Positions 38,691 to 58,477 of a DNA stretch of 64,000 bases are shown piece after piece. Source of the stretch: the human T2T-CHM13v2.0 reference genome, Homo sapiens; the NCBI RefSeq assembly GCF_009914755.1, contig NC_060927.1; one strand, given 5' to 3'. Below the pieces are notes generated by a model, which was not told the DNA's origin, did no database searches, and worked only from the letters and a program-made list of their open reading frames with translations. Made by a program: the position numbers and the translations under genes. The stretch's first letter is position 1, and every line of letters begins with the position of its first letter.

Positions 38691-39313
38691 TGATATAGGA
38701 GGTAGAAATGAATTATTTAGGCAGATAGTGAGGGCAAAAGTGTCCTCAGTGGATTTTTTCCTTCTAACCAAAAGCAGCCCCCCAAATTATTACTTTTCTG
38801 ACTGAACAGCCTGAAAAATTAAGCTGCAAACATAAATAAGGAAGCAAGATGCTTGCATGGGGGAAAGCTGGAAGAAGCGCCAATAGAAAAGGGCTGTCTG
38901 GGGCCAGGCATGTCCAACATGGAGGCTTGGTCTTCCCTTTTTTTGTTACCACGTGTACAGTAATAGATACATGGGCATCATGACACAGCTCAGACAGAGA
39001 ACCTGCCTGCATAATAAAAGACTGGGGTAGGGGCAGCCAGAGATTCCTGCCCTATGCAAACACACCTGGTCCAACCAGTTTTTCGCACCCTATGTAAATC
39101 AGGCACTGCCTCCCCATCAGCTCATCTATAAAATGCCCTGCATTTCACCATGGGTCCAGCAACTCATTTCTCCAGGACCCCTCTCTGCAGTAGAGAGCTA
39201 TTATCTTTCTTTAAACCACTCTTAACCTCACTCTTTTTGTGTCCGTGTCCTTGTTCTCCATGGCCATGAGACAGTGAATCTCCGGTGCTTGTCCAGACAA
39301 CGAAGCTGTTTCA
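38691..39313 (+). mobile_element. ERV1 solo LTR, MER61 family
   Basis: tgatataggag...ttatttaggcagatagtgaggg...ccagacaacgaagctgtttca. Exact 4-bp TSD ctat. TATA-like ctataaaa at ~39126. Confidence 0.88.
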
Positions 39314-39485
39314 CTATGGGCATAGATTGGATCCATTTTAGGGTCATACCATCAATCTATTCAGCAATGCCTTTTCCCCCACATTGGGAACTCAAAGGTA
39401 GGCAGTGAGTCTGACTGCTCAGTGAACAAGCAAGTGGTGAAGGATGATGCTCATCTTTCCTCCTTGAAAAACCACTAAGCTTTCT

Positions 39486-41628
<2,143 letters not shown>

Positions 41629-41889
41629 TCACCCTATCCCCACTCCCCAAAGAGAAGAAAGGATATATTCAAGTGTAGTTCCATTAAACTGGCATTTCTC
41701 AGCAAATCCCATAATAGGTGAGAGTCATTTGGCTGAATGTGAGAGTAACAGGGTGTGTTTTGATCTCAGGTAAAGGTTATTACCAATTCCTCAAAAATTG
41801 AAAAGTCCCACACAGGACCCCTTAGGAGCTCTTACATGGTAATTGTCAATCATAGCCTGGATGTCTCAGGATTCCCCAGATGTAAGGTT

Positions 41890-42233
41890 GTGGTTGTTAC
41901 TAGGGCTATTCACTGATATATCTTGTCTCTTCCTTTAAGTACATGTTGGGATTCTCTTTCCTTGCCCCTTTTAAATTTGATTTGGTCATGAGACTTGATA
42001 GGACCTAAGAAACATGTGTCAGTTCTGGACTGAGAAATTTAGGACCCACTGGGCCATCCTCACATTCCTGTTTTCCTGTCTCTAGCAAGCCAGTAGCAAT
42101 GTTCCAGATGGTCCAGCCTCCATCAGATTGGATTGCTGAGAATACCTTTGATGGACATGAAGTGCAATGTGGAGGTTTTGATCCAAGACTTTTGGACTGT
42201 CACTGCAGCATAATCTAGACTAGGCTGAATACA
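41890..42233 (+). mobile_element. Old MLT1 LTR
   Basis: gcaatgttccagatgg...cagcctccatcag...gtcactgcagcataatctagactaggctgaataca. Confidence 0.65.
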
Positions 42234-42648
42234 AAGGGATGAGTGGAAGTGTAAACACTGAAAAAGAATTCTCAAAGACAATCCACCCAGTTCAGTGGAG
42301 TGAATACACAATAAGTAGGAAGAGTGTCATAAACCTGCCTAATCTTAAAAGACCTGAGAATCACCGAGAAGGGGAGCACATTGCATTTGTCTAGAGAAGA
42401 TAAGGAACAATCCCAATGACTACTTTTATTAGCAGTCATCAAATTTCTCATGTATTTGCATAACTGTGGCATGTGGTCCCATACTGTGGATATTCTGGTT
42501 AAAGTAGAGTGAATGCCAGTGGAGGAGAGATGCACGTGTTTGGAAACTCAATAACAGTTTATGTAAATATGAACAATGGAAACAATTTATTTCCCTTATT
42601 GAAGAGTTTGGTGTTGTTTTGTTTCCTTCAACTGGCAACATTTGATAA

Positions 42649-42995
<347 letters not shown>

Positions 42996-43029
42996 AAAAG
43001 ACTGTCTTTTTAAAAAGCAATAAAACTTA

Positions 43030-44225
43030 GGAAAAAGAAAAGACAAGCCCACAGATGGATAAAATATTTGCAGTACACATATCTGATAAAGAACTTGCAT
43101 CTACAATATACAAAGAACTCATAAAACTCAACAATAGAAAAACAAAACTCAAATAATGGCCAAAAGATCTGAATAGATGTCTCACCAAATAAGACATACA
43201 ATTGGCAAATAAGCATAGAAAAAGATGATGAACATCAAATGTCATTAGAGAATTGCAAGTTAAAACAACAGTGAAATATCACTACACATCTATCAGAACG
43301 GCTAAAAAATATTGACAATAGCAAATGCTGCTGAAGATATGGAACAATAGGAACCTTCATTCATTGCTAGTGGAAATACAACATGGTACAGCCACTCCAG
43401 AACTGGCAGTTTCTTACAAAGATACATGTAGTCTTACCACATCATCCAGCATTATGTCCACACAAAAACCCGCACATGAATGTTTATAGCGGCTTTATTC
43501 ATAATTGCCAAAAACTGGAGGCAACCAAGATGTTCATCAACAACTGTGGTACATCCATACGATGGAGTATTATTCAGCTGTAAAAAGAAATGAGCTATGA
43601 AGTCACAAACAAACATTGAGGAGACTTTAAATTCACACGCTAAGTATGATGGTTAATGTGTCAACTTGGCTAGGTCATGGGACCCCGGTATTTGGATAAA
43701 CATTATTCAAAATGTTTCTGTGAATGTATTTTTTTTTAGCTGAGATTAACATTTAAATCTGTAGACTTTGAGTAAAGCAGATTACCCTTTATAATGTGGG
43801 TGGATCTCCTCCAATCAGCTGAAGGCCTTAATAGAAAAAGACTGAGGTTCCCTGATGAAGAAGGAATTTTGCCAGGAGACTGCCTTCAAAGTCAAACTGC
43901 AGCATCAGCCCTTCCCTGGATCTCCAGCCAGCCAACTTACCCTGCAGATTGTACTGTATGATTCTAACCATGTGACATTCTGGAAAAGGCAAAACAATTT
44001 GACAGTGAAAATAGAAGCAGTTGCCAGGGGCTCAGAGAGGTGGGGGCAAGGATGAATAGGTAGAACACAGAAACTATTTATTAGGTCAGAAAACTCTTCT
44101 AAATGATACTGTAATGGTGGATACACGACATTATGCATTTGTCAAAATCCATAGAATGTACAACGCCGAACCTTAACACAAACTATGAATTCCATTTAAT
44201 AATGTGTCAATATTGGTTCATATTT
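43030..44225 (+). mobile_element. L1MC-like 3' end interrupted by MLT2
   Basis: ORF2 end (atatctgataaagaacttg) and 3'UTR (gacattctggaaaaggcaaaac...tgtaatggtggatac...cattatgcatttgtcaaaa). Confidence 0.85.
43645..43950 (+). mobile_element. MLT2D-like LTR, 3' part deleted
   Basis: tgatggttaatgtgtcaacttggctagg...gactttgagtaaagcagattaccc...ccctgcagatt. Confidence 0.85.
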
Positions 44226-46029
44226 TTCCACATCTAAGCTAGAGATAATAAAATGAGACTTAGAGAGTTGTCATAAAAATTAAATGAGAGAATATGTGAA
44301 AAGTTCTGGGCCTTGCGACTGGCTCAAAAAATGGCAGAGATGTAACCATGTAGATGATGCTCAGAGAAAGAGGAGGAGAGGAAAGGAAAAAAGGAAGGAA
44401 GAAATAACCAATTTCAGGGCAGATGAAGGCTTCAGAATATTACAGGTTTTTCATATTCAGTTACTGTCATTATTACCTTCAGCAACATAAGACCCTAGAT
44501 TATAACCAGTATAATCCTACAGCTTAGAAAAAAGGATAGAAAAAAAAGTAAAATCTTTACAAAATAATTTCAAATTACATGTGAGTCATACTGAAACTCT
44601 TCCTTTTTATACCAGAGAGGGAAAACACCATCTAAGCTTCCAATGAAAAAAAAAAAGTCTGAACATGTTTCCAGAATAAAACTGTAAGTTTGAGGGGAAA
44701 GTGGATATTTGGTCTCAGTTTCCACCTTCACTTTCACTTTAAATAGCCTGGAAGAAAAGTTAAAATCTAATCAGAACATATTAGAGTTTGGGTGTTTTTG
44801 AAAGAATTAAGATTTTAGCACGATTTTTCTTAATTATTTTACAACTTTTTTTCCTCCCTGATGCGAATGTTATGCCACATAGAAGCTGAAGAGCCAGGTA
44901 GCATGCCCCAGTTTCAGCAAAGGCTGAAAAACTTTAATTGTCTTCAACGAAGAGTCCTTTGCCCTGGATTTGCTGGATAATCTCTATTTTAAGTGGCTCT
45001 TCTTATTATTCTGTCTCAGAGACTGTGTTTCAAAGCCCTGATTTTGCCTGTATGCCAAACTGTAGGAAGTCATATGATTTGGGGCTGAATCTACTGCACA
45101 AGGTCTAGTATTTAAAATGCTGGAGAAAACATTTTAATAGAGAAGACTTAGAAACATACTACCTCATTTGACTGGACGTAGGCATGTAGAGAATTTGTCC
45201 CAAGCCCCAAAGCTAGTTTGTGATAAGCCAGGATTTGTACCTAGATCTATGAGACTTCAGAGACCACACTGTTAATGACACTTTTCATTTCTGAGCTCTT
45301 GAACTCCAACACCCAAGTGATTGTTTTTGAGATGAATCCCTTTCCAAAAGTACAGAAGTACAGTTCAGGGGGCAAAATTAACCTAAAGGGAATCCCTTTC
45401 TTTGGCCAAATCCATCAAGAACTCTAAAACATATCAAATGCACAGTCCAAACACCTGAAATCCTCTTTCCTCACCTACCTTCACAGCCAACTGCTCTGTA
45501 ACAAATGTCAGACTATACTCCCAACTCCTCCTTCATCTCAGGCCACTAGTAGATCAGCTTACTACTGTAGGCCTAAATCCTTTACCTTTCCCTTCATTCT
45601 TTCCATTTTACTCTCCACTCTCCCCCCACTCTCCCAGCCCCTTTTTCTTAACTCTGCATTCCCAAAGCCCCAAGAACCTGTCTTCTGAAGTCAGAGCTTC
45701 CCTAAGCCAAAACTGTCTGAGAACATTTTATTTTAAGCAAATGTGGGGAGGAGAGAAGAGTGGAGCATTCTCAAATTGTAAATCCTAATATTTTGCCTTT
45801 TTTTTTTTTACACTTGTGAGATCTCCTAAGTCAGATTCTAAATCTCACTCATTTCTGAATCTTTCATATATGGTTTCTGGTTGCTATCCTACATTACATC
45901 GCAAGCAACTACCCTATTTCCAACATTATCTCTTCGGGCTTTGTGATAAGACTTTGTACCCTAAAAATCCTAAGTAACCCGTTTTCAATAATTACCCCTG
46001 GGACACTCATGGCACTTTTTATTAGCCAT

Positions 46030-46565
46030 TATGGCAGATTATGTTTTCCAGAAATGGCTGCAATGATACATATCCCATTCCACATGCTCTTCTTACAGTG
46101 TGACCTTGACACTCCTCCATCAGGCATTAGGGTCAATGTTCTCTCCCTTTGAACCTGGGCATACTTTTGTCTCTACCAATAGAATACAGGGAAAGTGGCA
46201 GTGATTTCCAAGGCTAGGACATAAAAGGCATCACAATTTCTACCTTGGTCTTGGGTCACTCACACTGGGAAAGCCAGCTGCCATGCATTGAGAACTCTCA
46301 CGCGACATAGTAGAGAGGAATGGGAGCTCCAACCAACAGCCAGCATCACATTGTCAGGCATGTAAATGAGTCATGTAGGATGTAGGTCCTTCCACCCCAC
46401 TCAAGCCTTCAAATGACTGTAGCCCTGGCCAACATAGGACCGCAACTGTGCAAGGACTAAAGCAAGAACTGAGCAATAGAAACTGGAAGTAATAATATAT
46501 CAATATTGCTGTTTTAAGTCACCAAATTGTGGGCTGATTTTTTTGCAGCAATACATCAATATACT
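46030..46565 (+). mobile_element. MLT1G/F-like solo LTR
   Basis: tggcagattatgttttccagaaatggctgca...cacatgctcttc...gtgaccttgacactcctccatca...tgttttaagtcac...gcagcaata. Confidence 0.8.
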
Positions 46566-48337
46566 AGCTATTCTAACCTAATCTTAAATTTATCCCAGCA
46601 TTACATCAATTCAGATGAATTTTAATGTATCTTTCAGGGAAGGAAGAGTTTCAAAAAAATTAAGGCCAGAATGGAGGTGGGGTGGGGTTCTCTTATTGCC
46701 CCAAAAGAAATAGGGAGCACTGGGACCAGAGAAAATGCCCTCAAAAGATGAGTGAATTCAGAAAATAGACTACTTTTACTTTTCAGCCTTTTCTGAGACC
46801 CTGAATTGATATAGTTGCTGTGGCCAAGTCCTAATTCTCTGGATGATAAAGAATATTTGATCATGGGGTGAGAATTCAAATCTTTCTAATTAAAGCCCCA
46901 AATGAACTCTGTATCATTCAGGATAATAACATTAACGGTCTCTGAATTTTCTTCTGTATTGGGGGAAAAATTCATTCCCAGGCATGAGCCAATGTGGGCT
47001 TCTGAAAGCCTACTACTAAAGAATTTGAGAACCCAACAATAATCTGATGGTGACTTCAAGGTCAGGGAGGCACTGATCTTGCTTTGCAGGGACACAGGCT
47101 GGGCTGGCAACATCAACAGTCACTGAAGGAGGGCTGTGGCATACTGTCCAGAGGGATCAGACAGGCTATGGAAAAATGATGACCTGCCGAATAAGCTTCA
47201 GTAGGAACGGGAGGACAAGATGCCCTATATTTGTAGAGAAACAGTTTTCCTCTTCCTCCTCAGGACACTCAGGTTCCTGCTTATTACTGCCCAGAATGTC
47301 TCAGTGAACACGAAAGGGGGCCTGCTAGATACCACTGGAAGGAAAAAATTGGTGCTGGTGATTAATTTCCCGAGACTCTAACTTCTACCTGAAACTGGGG
47401 TATTTCTCCCTTTAACTTGAACACAGCAAACAGCTATTTGGGGGAAGATGCATTTTGAGATATGTTTCCAAGTCAGGCTGACCCCTTTTATCTCCAAGGA
47501 ATAAAGGATCACTCAGGTTTCCTCAAGCCATGGGAGTTATTAGAAGAACAAATAAGGAAATAAGCAAGATAGCATAAGAGCTATGACTGCTTCTTGACAC
47601 ACAAACACAGGAAACATCACATTCCCTAATTTTTCTAAATTAGATCAAATCTAATATCACCACCCCCCATTACCACATTGGTAAAAATCTAATCTTAGTC
47701 ATTTCAGAGAAATGGATAAACAAGAACCTTGGAACCTATGGAAGTCCAGTGAGGTTGGGGAAGAGATTCCAATATTCATAATTCATAATGGACAGCAGCT
47801 AGAATGTTCCTTGACTAAATTCCCCCAAATTCATTCAGATATGCTCATGGCATCCACTCACTTTAGGATTTGGCTCCCAAAGTCACAGCATATAGTCCTC
47901 ACGCTCCAGACACGCACATGCCACCACTGTCATAGGGCTGCCTCCCCTAGGTGCTGCATGGAGGGATATACACCCTCCCTTCTAATCCCAATTATGGAAA
48001 GCCCAACTCTTGCTCATCACCCCCTGCCCTCAACCCCTAGAAGCCTGTCCTTTTGACAGTGGCGGTAGCTGGTGAGAGTACTCAGTCTCAGATACAGATA
48101 ATAAGATGGTGTCTTACCTATAGAAAATGTGTAAACAATAATAAAACCCACAAGTCTGTTTTTTTTTTTTTTTAATTATCACCTTGCAGGCAATTTTAAA
48201 GTGCTCATTTCTGCCCAGCGGCAGACCGTTCCTACTTCTCATCCTTGGTATGGCCACTGCCTTTTGAACAGTCAAGAATTATGTTCTTATGAGCCTAGAG
48301 TTGGAAAAAAGTCTCTCTGTGTCTCTCTCCCTCTCTT

Positions 48338-48489
48338 TCTTTTTTTTTTTTTTTTTTTTTTTGAGAGAAGGTCTCTGTCACCCACGCTGGAGAGCAGTGG
48401 CCCAATCATGGCTCACTGTATCCTTGACCACCTGGGCTCAGGTGATCCTCCCACCTCAGCCTCCAGAGTAGCTGGCACCACAGGTGCAC
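48338..48489 (-). mobile_element. AluJ right arm / FRAM-like monomer
   Basis: Poly(T) followed by a single J-type arm ending acaggtgcac. Confidence 0.85.
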
Positions 48490-49352
48490 AAAAATTAAAA
48501 TTTCAACTTTTTGTACATGAAGAACTTTATAATCTGGTATCATGCAAAGAACAGGAACTATAATACCTCTGGCTTCATGGGAATAAGAACCTGAGCTGTC
48601 CAGTTAATCCTCATTATTCTTGTTGCATGGAGATTTCCCACTTGGCTGTTTGCCTCTGACCCAATCAGTGGTGGGATAGGTTCATAGGGTGCTCCGATGT
48701 TGATTTATGAGGAAGGACCCTCGTCTAAGTGGAATGCAGGTTTGGTAGATATAGTAAGATTTAACCTACCCAACAGAGTTTCAATTTGTTGGGTGCCTTT
48801 CAAGGTGGGCAGGTCAGGGAAAAGGATGGGGTCTGGAGTGGCACACTCCATGAGCTCTGTGAAATGCCTTTACATGTGGCTTGGATGATTGAACAAGGCC
48901 ATGTCAGGTCAGCATCCAGGGCTAAATACCTGCTACTGCCTTGGTAGGAAACTTCTTTCTGCCTCAAATTCCCTACCCAGAAGGGAGGATTAATACCTTC
49001 AAGATAAGTCCTCAGAGGATGTCTGACCAGATAACAAAAAGGAATAAGTGACTTCCAGGATAGAGGATACTTATCTATTTCATAAATTAAGGTACATAGC
49101 TTATTTCATAGCTATTACTAAGCTTAAGGTACCATTTAGTAAGGAGGAAAGATGAATTTAAAGCTGTGTATTTCAAAGGGTGGTCCGTGAACCAACATCA
49201 TCTGCATCAACTGTGAACTTGTTAGAAACAACCTTAGTTGTTTTAACCAAACAAGAATTTGGAGATGTTTATTACTGCAGCTTGTGTATACTATTCTAAC
49301 TGATATAACTACAAATCGAGACTTGTGACATGGACCAAAACTAGTGCTTCAA

Positions 49353-50148
49353 ACATTTATGCAGCCAAAAGACACATGAAAAAATGCTCATCATCACTGG
49401 CCATCAGAGAAATGCAAATCAAAACCACAACGAGATACCATCTCACACCAGTTAGAATGGCAATCATTAAAAAGTCAGGAAACAACAGGTGCTGGAGAGG
49501 ATGTGGAGAAATAGGAACACTTTGACACTGTTGGTGGGACTGTAAACTACCTCAACCCTTGTGGAAGTCAGTGTGACGATTCCTCAGGGATCTAGAACTA
49601 GAAATACCATTTGACCCAGCCATCCCATTACTGGGTATATACCCAAAGGATTATAAATCGTGCTGCTATAAAGACACATGCACACGTATGTTTATTGCAG
49701 CACTATTCACAATAGCAAAGACTTGGAACCAACCCAAATGTCCAATAATGATAGACTGGATTAAGAAAATGTGGCACATATACACCATGGAATACTATGC
49801 AGCCATAAAAAAGGATGAGTTCATGTCCTTTGTAGGGACATGGATGAAATTGGAAATCATCATTCCCAGTAAACTATCGCAAGAACAAAAAACCAAACAC
49901 CGCATGTTCTCACTTACCGGTGAGAATTGAACAATGAGAACACATGGACACAGGAAGGGGAACATCACACTCTGGGGACTGTTGTGGGGTGGGGGGAGGG
50001 GGGAGGGATAGCATTAGGAGATATACCTAATGCTAAATGACGAGTTAATGGGTGCAGCACACCAGCATGGCACATGTATACATATGTAACTAACCTGCAC
50101 ATTGTGCACATGTACCCTAAAACTTTAAGTATAATAATAAAAAAAAAA
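49353..50148 (+). mobile_element. 5'-truncated young L1PA (L1PA3-like) inserted in an old L1M
   Basis: ORF2 C-terminus, 3'UTR and A tail. Flanks (~49310-49352, ~50149-50400) read as contiguous old L1M ORF2. The TSD is short and ambiguous (atttatg). Confidence 0.95.
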
Positions 50149-50761
50149 TTTATGGCTCTAGATATATATATAAGAAAAAAAAAGAAAGGCTGAAAATTAA
50201 TGAGCTAAGCAATTAGTTAAAGAACTAAAACCAACAACAACCACATAGACTCAAGGGAAATAGAAGAAAAAATTTTAAAGCAAAATAAAAAATATAAGGT
50301 TTAAATAGAGATAATTCATTAAGTCAAAAGTCAGTTCTTTGAAAAGACTAGAAAAGTCAACAAATCTCTAGTGAGTCTGATCAAGAGACAAACAGATAAG
50401 GCAAAATCTGAAAAAAAGTTATTTGGGCTAGAAAGGGGCTGTATTGATCAGGATAATGCAAACCAGACACTCAAAAAACACCCCAAATCTCTGTGGCCTA
50501 AAATATTCTTATCACAAACCAGTGCAGGTCAGTTAGCTCTGCTGGGTGACTGTCATCCAAATGTTGAAACAGACTTCAGAATTGTCCCCACTGATAGGAA
50601 CAGACAACTGCCACCAGAGCAACCAGGACCAGGGTGGATTTGAATGGTGCACCTGAACTTCCAGAATTCTAGCCCACTGGCTTTTCGGGCTTGCTCTTAT
50701 CATTTTATTAGTCTGGAAATAATGTGACCCCACATTTTATGTGCTTAAATTTTTTGGATCC

Positions 50762-51137
50762 TGATATGGTTAGGTTTTGTGTCCCCACCCAAATCTCATC
50801 TTGAATTATAATCTCCATAATCCGAATGTGTCAAGGGAGAGACCAGATGGAGGTAAGTGAATCATGGGGGTAGTTTCTCCCATGCTGTTCTCATGACAGT
50901 GAGTGAGTTCTCAGATCTGATGGTTTTGTAAGGGCTCTTCTCCCCTTTTCTCGGCCCCTCTCCTTTGTAGCAACTTGTGAAGAAGGTGCCTTGCTTCCCC
51001 TTCACCTTTCACCATGATTGTAAGTTTCCTGAGGCCTCCCCATCCATGCAGAATTGTGAGTCAATTAAACTTCTTTCCTTTATAAGTGACCCAGTCTCAG
51101 GCAATTCTTTATAGCAGTATGAAAACAGACTAGAACA
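50762..51137 (+). mobile_element. THE1C/D solo LTR
   Basis: tgatatggtt...gactagaaca. TSD gatcc/gaccc. Confidence 0.92.
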
Positions 51138-51606
51138 GACCCCAAGTATTGTTTCTGATATGGCCATGTTGTATTTGTGAAAAAAACTAAGTCACAGAAC
51201 CATTTATTACATGTCACCGTTTTTTAAAGCTTGAAAACAACCAAAATGAGAAAATGTATTGTTTAGAAATGTAAGCAAATAGGGTAATATTATTTTGCAA
51301 AAATAATAAACACAAAATTTAAGAGTGCAGTTAACTTGAGAGTATATTCAGGCAAATTGAATTGTTTTAATACTGTTCTAGTTCTTGAGTCAGATAGCAT
51401 GTTTTCAGTATCCTTTTTATTATAGTATTTTATGTCTAACTGTGTCCTATGTGTTCTTCTGTATATATTAAGTACTTCCTCTATTTACCCTCAGTTTCCA
51501 CTTTGATTTTTGACCTTAGCTTCTCAATTTCTCAGCTTCCCCATCTATGAAGTAGGGATCATTACATTAGCTTCTACTTCTCTCATTGGGAAAGGGTAAA
51601 TGACTA

Positions 51607-51929
51607 CAGTAGTTCCCTCCTCATCCATGGTTTAGCTTTCCATGGTTTCAGTTACCCATGGTCAACTGTGGTTCAAAATACTAAATGGAAAGTTTCAGAG
51701 ATAAACAATTCATAAGTTTTAAATGGCACACTGTTCTGGGTATTGTTATAACTGTCCTATTTTATTCCTAGTTTTTGTTAATCTCTTACTGTATCTAATT
51801 TGTAAATTAAACTTTATCATAGTTATATATAGGAAAAAACATAGTCTATATAAGGTTTGGTACTATTTAGTTTTGGGCATCCACTGGGAGTCTTGGAAGA
51901 CATCTTCCATAGGCAAAGGGGGACTAGTG
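51607..51929 (+). mobile_element. MER44A (TcMar-Tigger MITE)
   Basis: Inverted termini cagtagttccc...gggactagtg, TA on both sides, tttcagttacccatggtcaactgtgg. Confidence 0.88.
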
Positions 51930-54108
51930 TATTTTGAGATCTTAGTGCAAAAAGTATCCATACATTTCAATTTCTTCAGCTTCTCCAAAAAGAAGCAGGC
52001 TTAGGACAGTGGAGAAAAGACATGATGTTGTGTTCCTGTTGCAATGTGGCTGTCTAGTTAATGATCTCATGATCCTCACACAGGATAGGCTTTTTGTCCT
52101 CTGGGTGAATTTTGTAGAGGTGTGACACCCTGGGCTTTGTTACATGTGACAATTTATTAAAAATGAGTTTCCCATATTTGCATAGAAGGGAACTGTGGGA
52201 CAAAAGGCAAAAAAGGAAAGAAACAGAGAGAAGACAGGAGGGAGGTAGGAACCAGGGTAAGAAGAAGAGCAAGACCAACCGTCTTTATTGAATCTACTTC
52301 CCTCCTGTGAGCTCCAGGGTCCTTGTGAAAAGCTAAAGTACTTTTCCCTGTCTAATTTGACTTGCTCATCCAAGAACTGGTAATTCTGTTAAGCAACAAG
52401 CAGGCACTCCATAGCAAAGACCAGAAGTCGTTAACTTGTGCCCAAGACCTGTCTCCCCACTTCTAAGAATACACTTCAGCGGTCCCAGAGAAAGAAATGA
52501 TACTTTTAATGTTAATACACAAAACAGGAAACAACCCCAGTGTGTATTTTCTGGATAATTCTAGCCAAGAGAGTTAATGAGCAATAATAGTTTTAAAGGC
52601 TAGAGCAGTTGGGGCAATATTTATTCATCTGTAACAGCCTATGAAATACAAAGTATAAAACAAAAGGCATTACAGATTGGGGAATTTAAACAAGCAGCCA
52701 GTGAGGCTGAGTGGAGCTTTTCAGAGAAGCTGTAAAATGTACTCCGATGCATAAGAGGAAAATTAAAGATCAAAAGGACATTATCATATTCAAGCGGTTC
52801 TGCAGTACACAGCCTCACCTCTCCTGGACTTTGAGAGAAAGGCCGTCAGTGGTAATAATTAAGGAAGCCTGCACTTGTTTTTTTAATAAATATTTCATGA
52901 TATGTCATCTGCTTCTGAGAGGAGCCATAACATGCCACAGCCACTGCATACTTAGCAGTCGTGGAATGACAAAAACTGGGCTAATTATGCTAAGATCATA
53001 CAAATTTAGAAGCGAAGACAGTGAAAGCTGACAGGCTATGTCAAGGGCTATGAATTTGGGTTATACACAGAACTCCAGGAGTTAGCAGTGTCAGCTTGTT
53101 ATGTGCCAGGCACCCCTGCAGGTCTTACTCACTGGGGCACCCTTGCAAAGAGTTCTAAAAAACACCTTTTGGCAAGAACAGCACTTCAGAGGCTTTCAGA
53201 CATGAGTGGACCAAAGCCAGAAGAGCCTGCATCCCGCCTTTCCCAATGGCAGAGAGACCTTAAGACTCAGACTGCAAATAATCCTGCCTGTTTTGACCTC
53301 TTTGAGTGAGGAAAATTTCTTAATCTCTTTGAGGTTCTGTTTCATTATTCATTAATTTCCCAAATATGTATTGAGCACCTACTCAGTATCAGGCACTGGC
53401 ACTAGACATTGGTAGCATAGCTCTGAATCAGACAGGCATGTGTGCCCTGGTGGCGGTCTCATTCTAGAGGGAAAGACAGGTAAGAAACAAGTGAAATATG
53501 TAATGATGCATGTTAAGAAGAAAGGTAAATCAGGGAAGGGGGATCAGAAGTGTTGGAGTTGGGTGACTGGGAATTGTTTTTTTTTTTTTTTTTTTTGGTT
53601 TTTTTTTTTTTGAGACACTCACTGAGAACGTCGTAGATGAGGCTGAAGGAAGTAAGGAAAAGAGCTGAGAGGATATGTGAGAGCCGAGAACCCCAGGCAG
53701 AGTGGCAGCAAGCACAAAGGCTCTGTGCTCAGTGTGTCAGAGAAGGAGCCAGGCTGCAAGAAGGCAGGGAGAAGAGTCAGGTAGGGTGAGGTTAATAGGA
53801 GATGAGGTCAGAGAGGCCATGAAGAGGTGGCAGATCACAAAATATTCATAGTTAATTGTAAGGACTTGGATTTTATGCTGATGAGATAAGCAACCATCAG
53901 AGGGTTAGAGCAGAAGGACACCGACATGGCTTGATCCTGTATCCCCACCCAGATCACATGTTGAATTGTAATCCCCAATGTTGGGGTAGGGACCTGGTGG
54001 GAGGTGATTGGATCATGGGGTGGTTTCTAATGGCTTCGCACCATCCTCCTAGTGTTGTCTCAAATGAGTTCTCACCAGACCTGGCTGTTTAAAAGTCTGT
54101 AGACTTCC

Positions 54109-57391
<3,283 letters not shown>

Positions 57392-57507
57392 AAAAGTGTG
57401 TAGACTTCCCCCTTCACTCTCTCTCTCTCCTGGCCATGTGAAGATGTGTTTGCCTTTGCCTTCCGCCATGATTGTAAGTTTCTTGTGGCCTCCCCGACCA
57501 TTCTTCC

Positions 57508-58066
57508 TGTATTAGTCAGAGTTCTCTAGAGGGACAGAACTAACAGGATAGATGTATAGATGTATATATGAAGGAAAGTTTATTAGGAGAATTGACTTAC
57601 ACAATCACAAGTTGAAGTCCCACAATAGGGATTCTGCAAGCTGAGGAGTCAGAAAGCTAGTCCGAGTCCCAAAACCTCAAAAGTAGAGAATCCAATACTG
57701 CAACCTTCAGTCTCTGGCCAAAGGGCGGAGAGACCCTGGCAAACCACTGGTGTAAGTCCCAGAGTCCAAAGGCTGAAGAACTTGGTGTCTGATGTTAAAG
57801 GGCAAGAAGCATCCAGCATGGGAGAAAGATGGAGGCCAAAAGACTTACCCAATCTAGTCTTGCCATGTTCTTCTGCCTGCTTTTATTCTGGCCATGCTGG
57901 CAGCTGATTAGAATGTGGCCACCCAGATGGATTGAAGGTGGGTCTGCCTTTCCCAGCCCACTGATTAAAATGTTAATCTCCTCTGGCAACACCCTTACAG
58001 ACAAACCTGGAACAATAATTTGCATCCTTCCATCCACTCAAGTGACTCTCAATATTAACCATCACA
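57508..58066 (-). mobile_element. MLT2A (HERVL) solo LTR inside MSTA
   Basis: tgtattagtcagagttctctagagggacagaact...aatattaaccatcaca. Exact TSD cttcc. Confidence 0.93.
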
Positions 58067-58477
58067 CTTCCTGTACAGCCTGTTGAACTACGAGCCAATT
58101 AAACCTCTTTTCTTTATAAATTACCCAGTCTCAGGTAGTTCTTTACAGCAACGTGAGAACAGACTAATAGAAACACACCAACCAACAATATTCCAGCAGC
58201 ACTACTCTGGCTGTTATGTTAAGAACTGACCACAATGGGGCAAAGTCAGAAGTAGCGAGACCAGTTAGGAGGCTTCTGAAATAATCCAGGTGAGAGACAA
58301 TGATGGCTTAGACTAGGGAGTAGCAGTAGAAACCCAGATGAGAGGGGTTCAGAGGCAGTGCTGGCAGGATTGTTTTCATGAATGTGGAATGTCAGACTAA
58401 GAGAGGATTAAAGAGTTAATCCAAGATTTTTGGCGTGAGCAATTGAAAGAACAGAGTTAACACTTTCTGAGAAGGGT

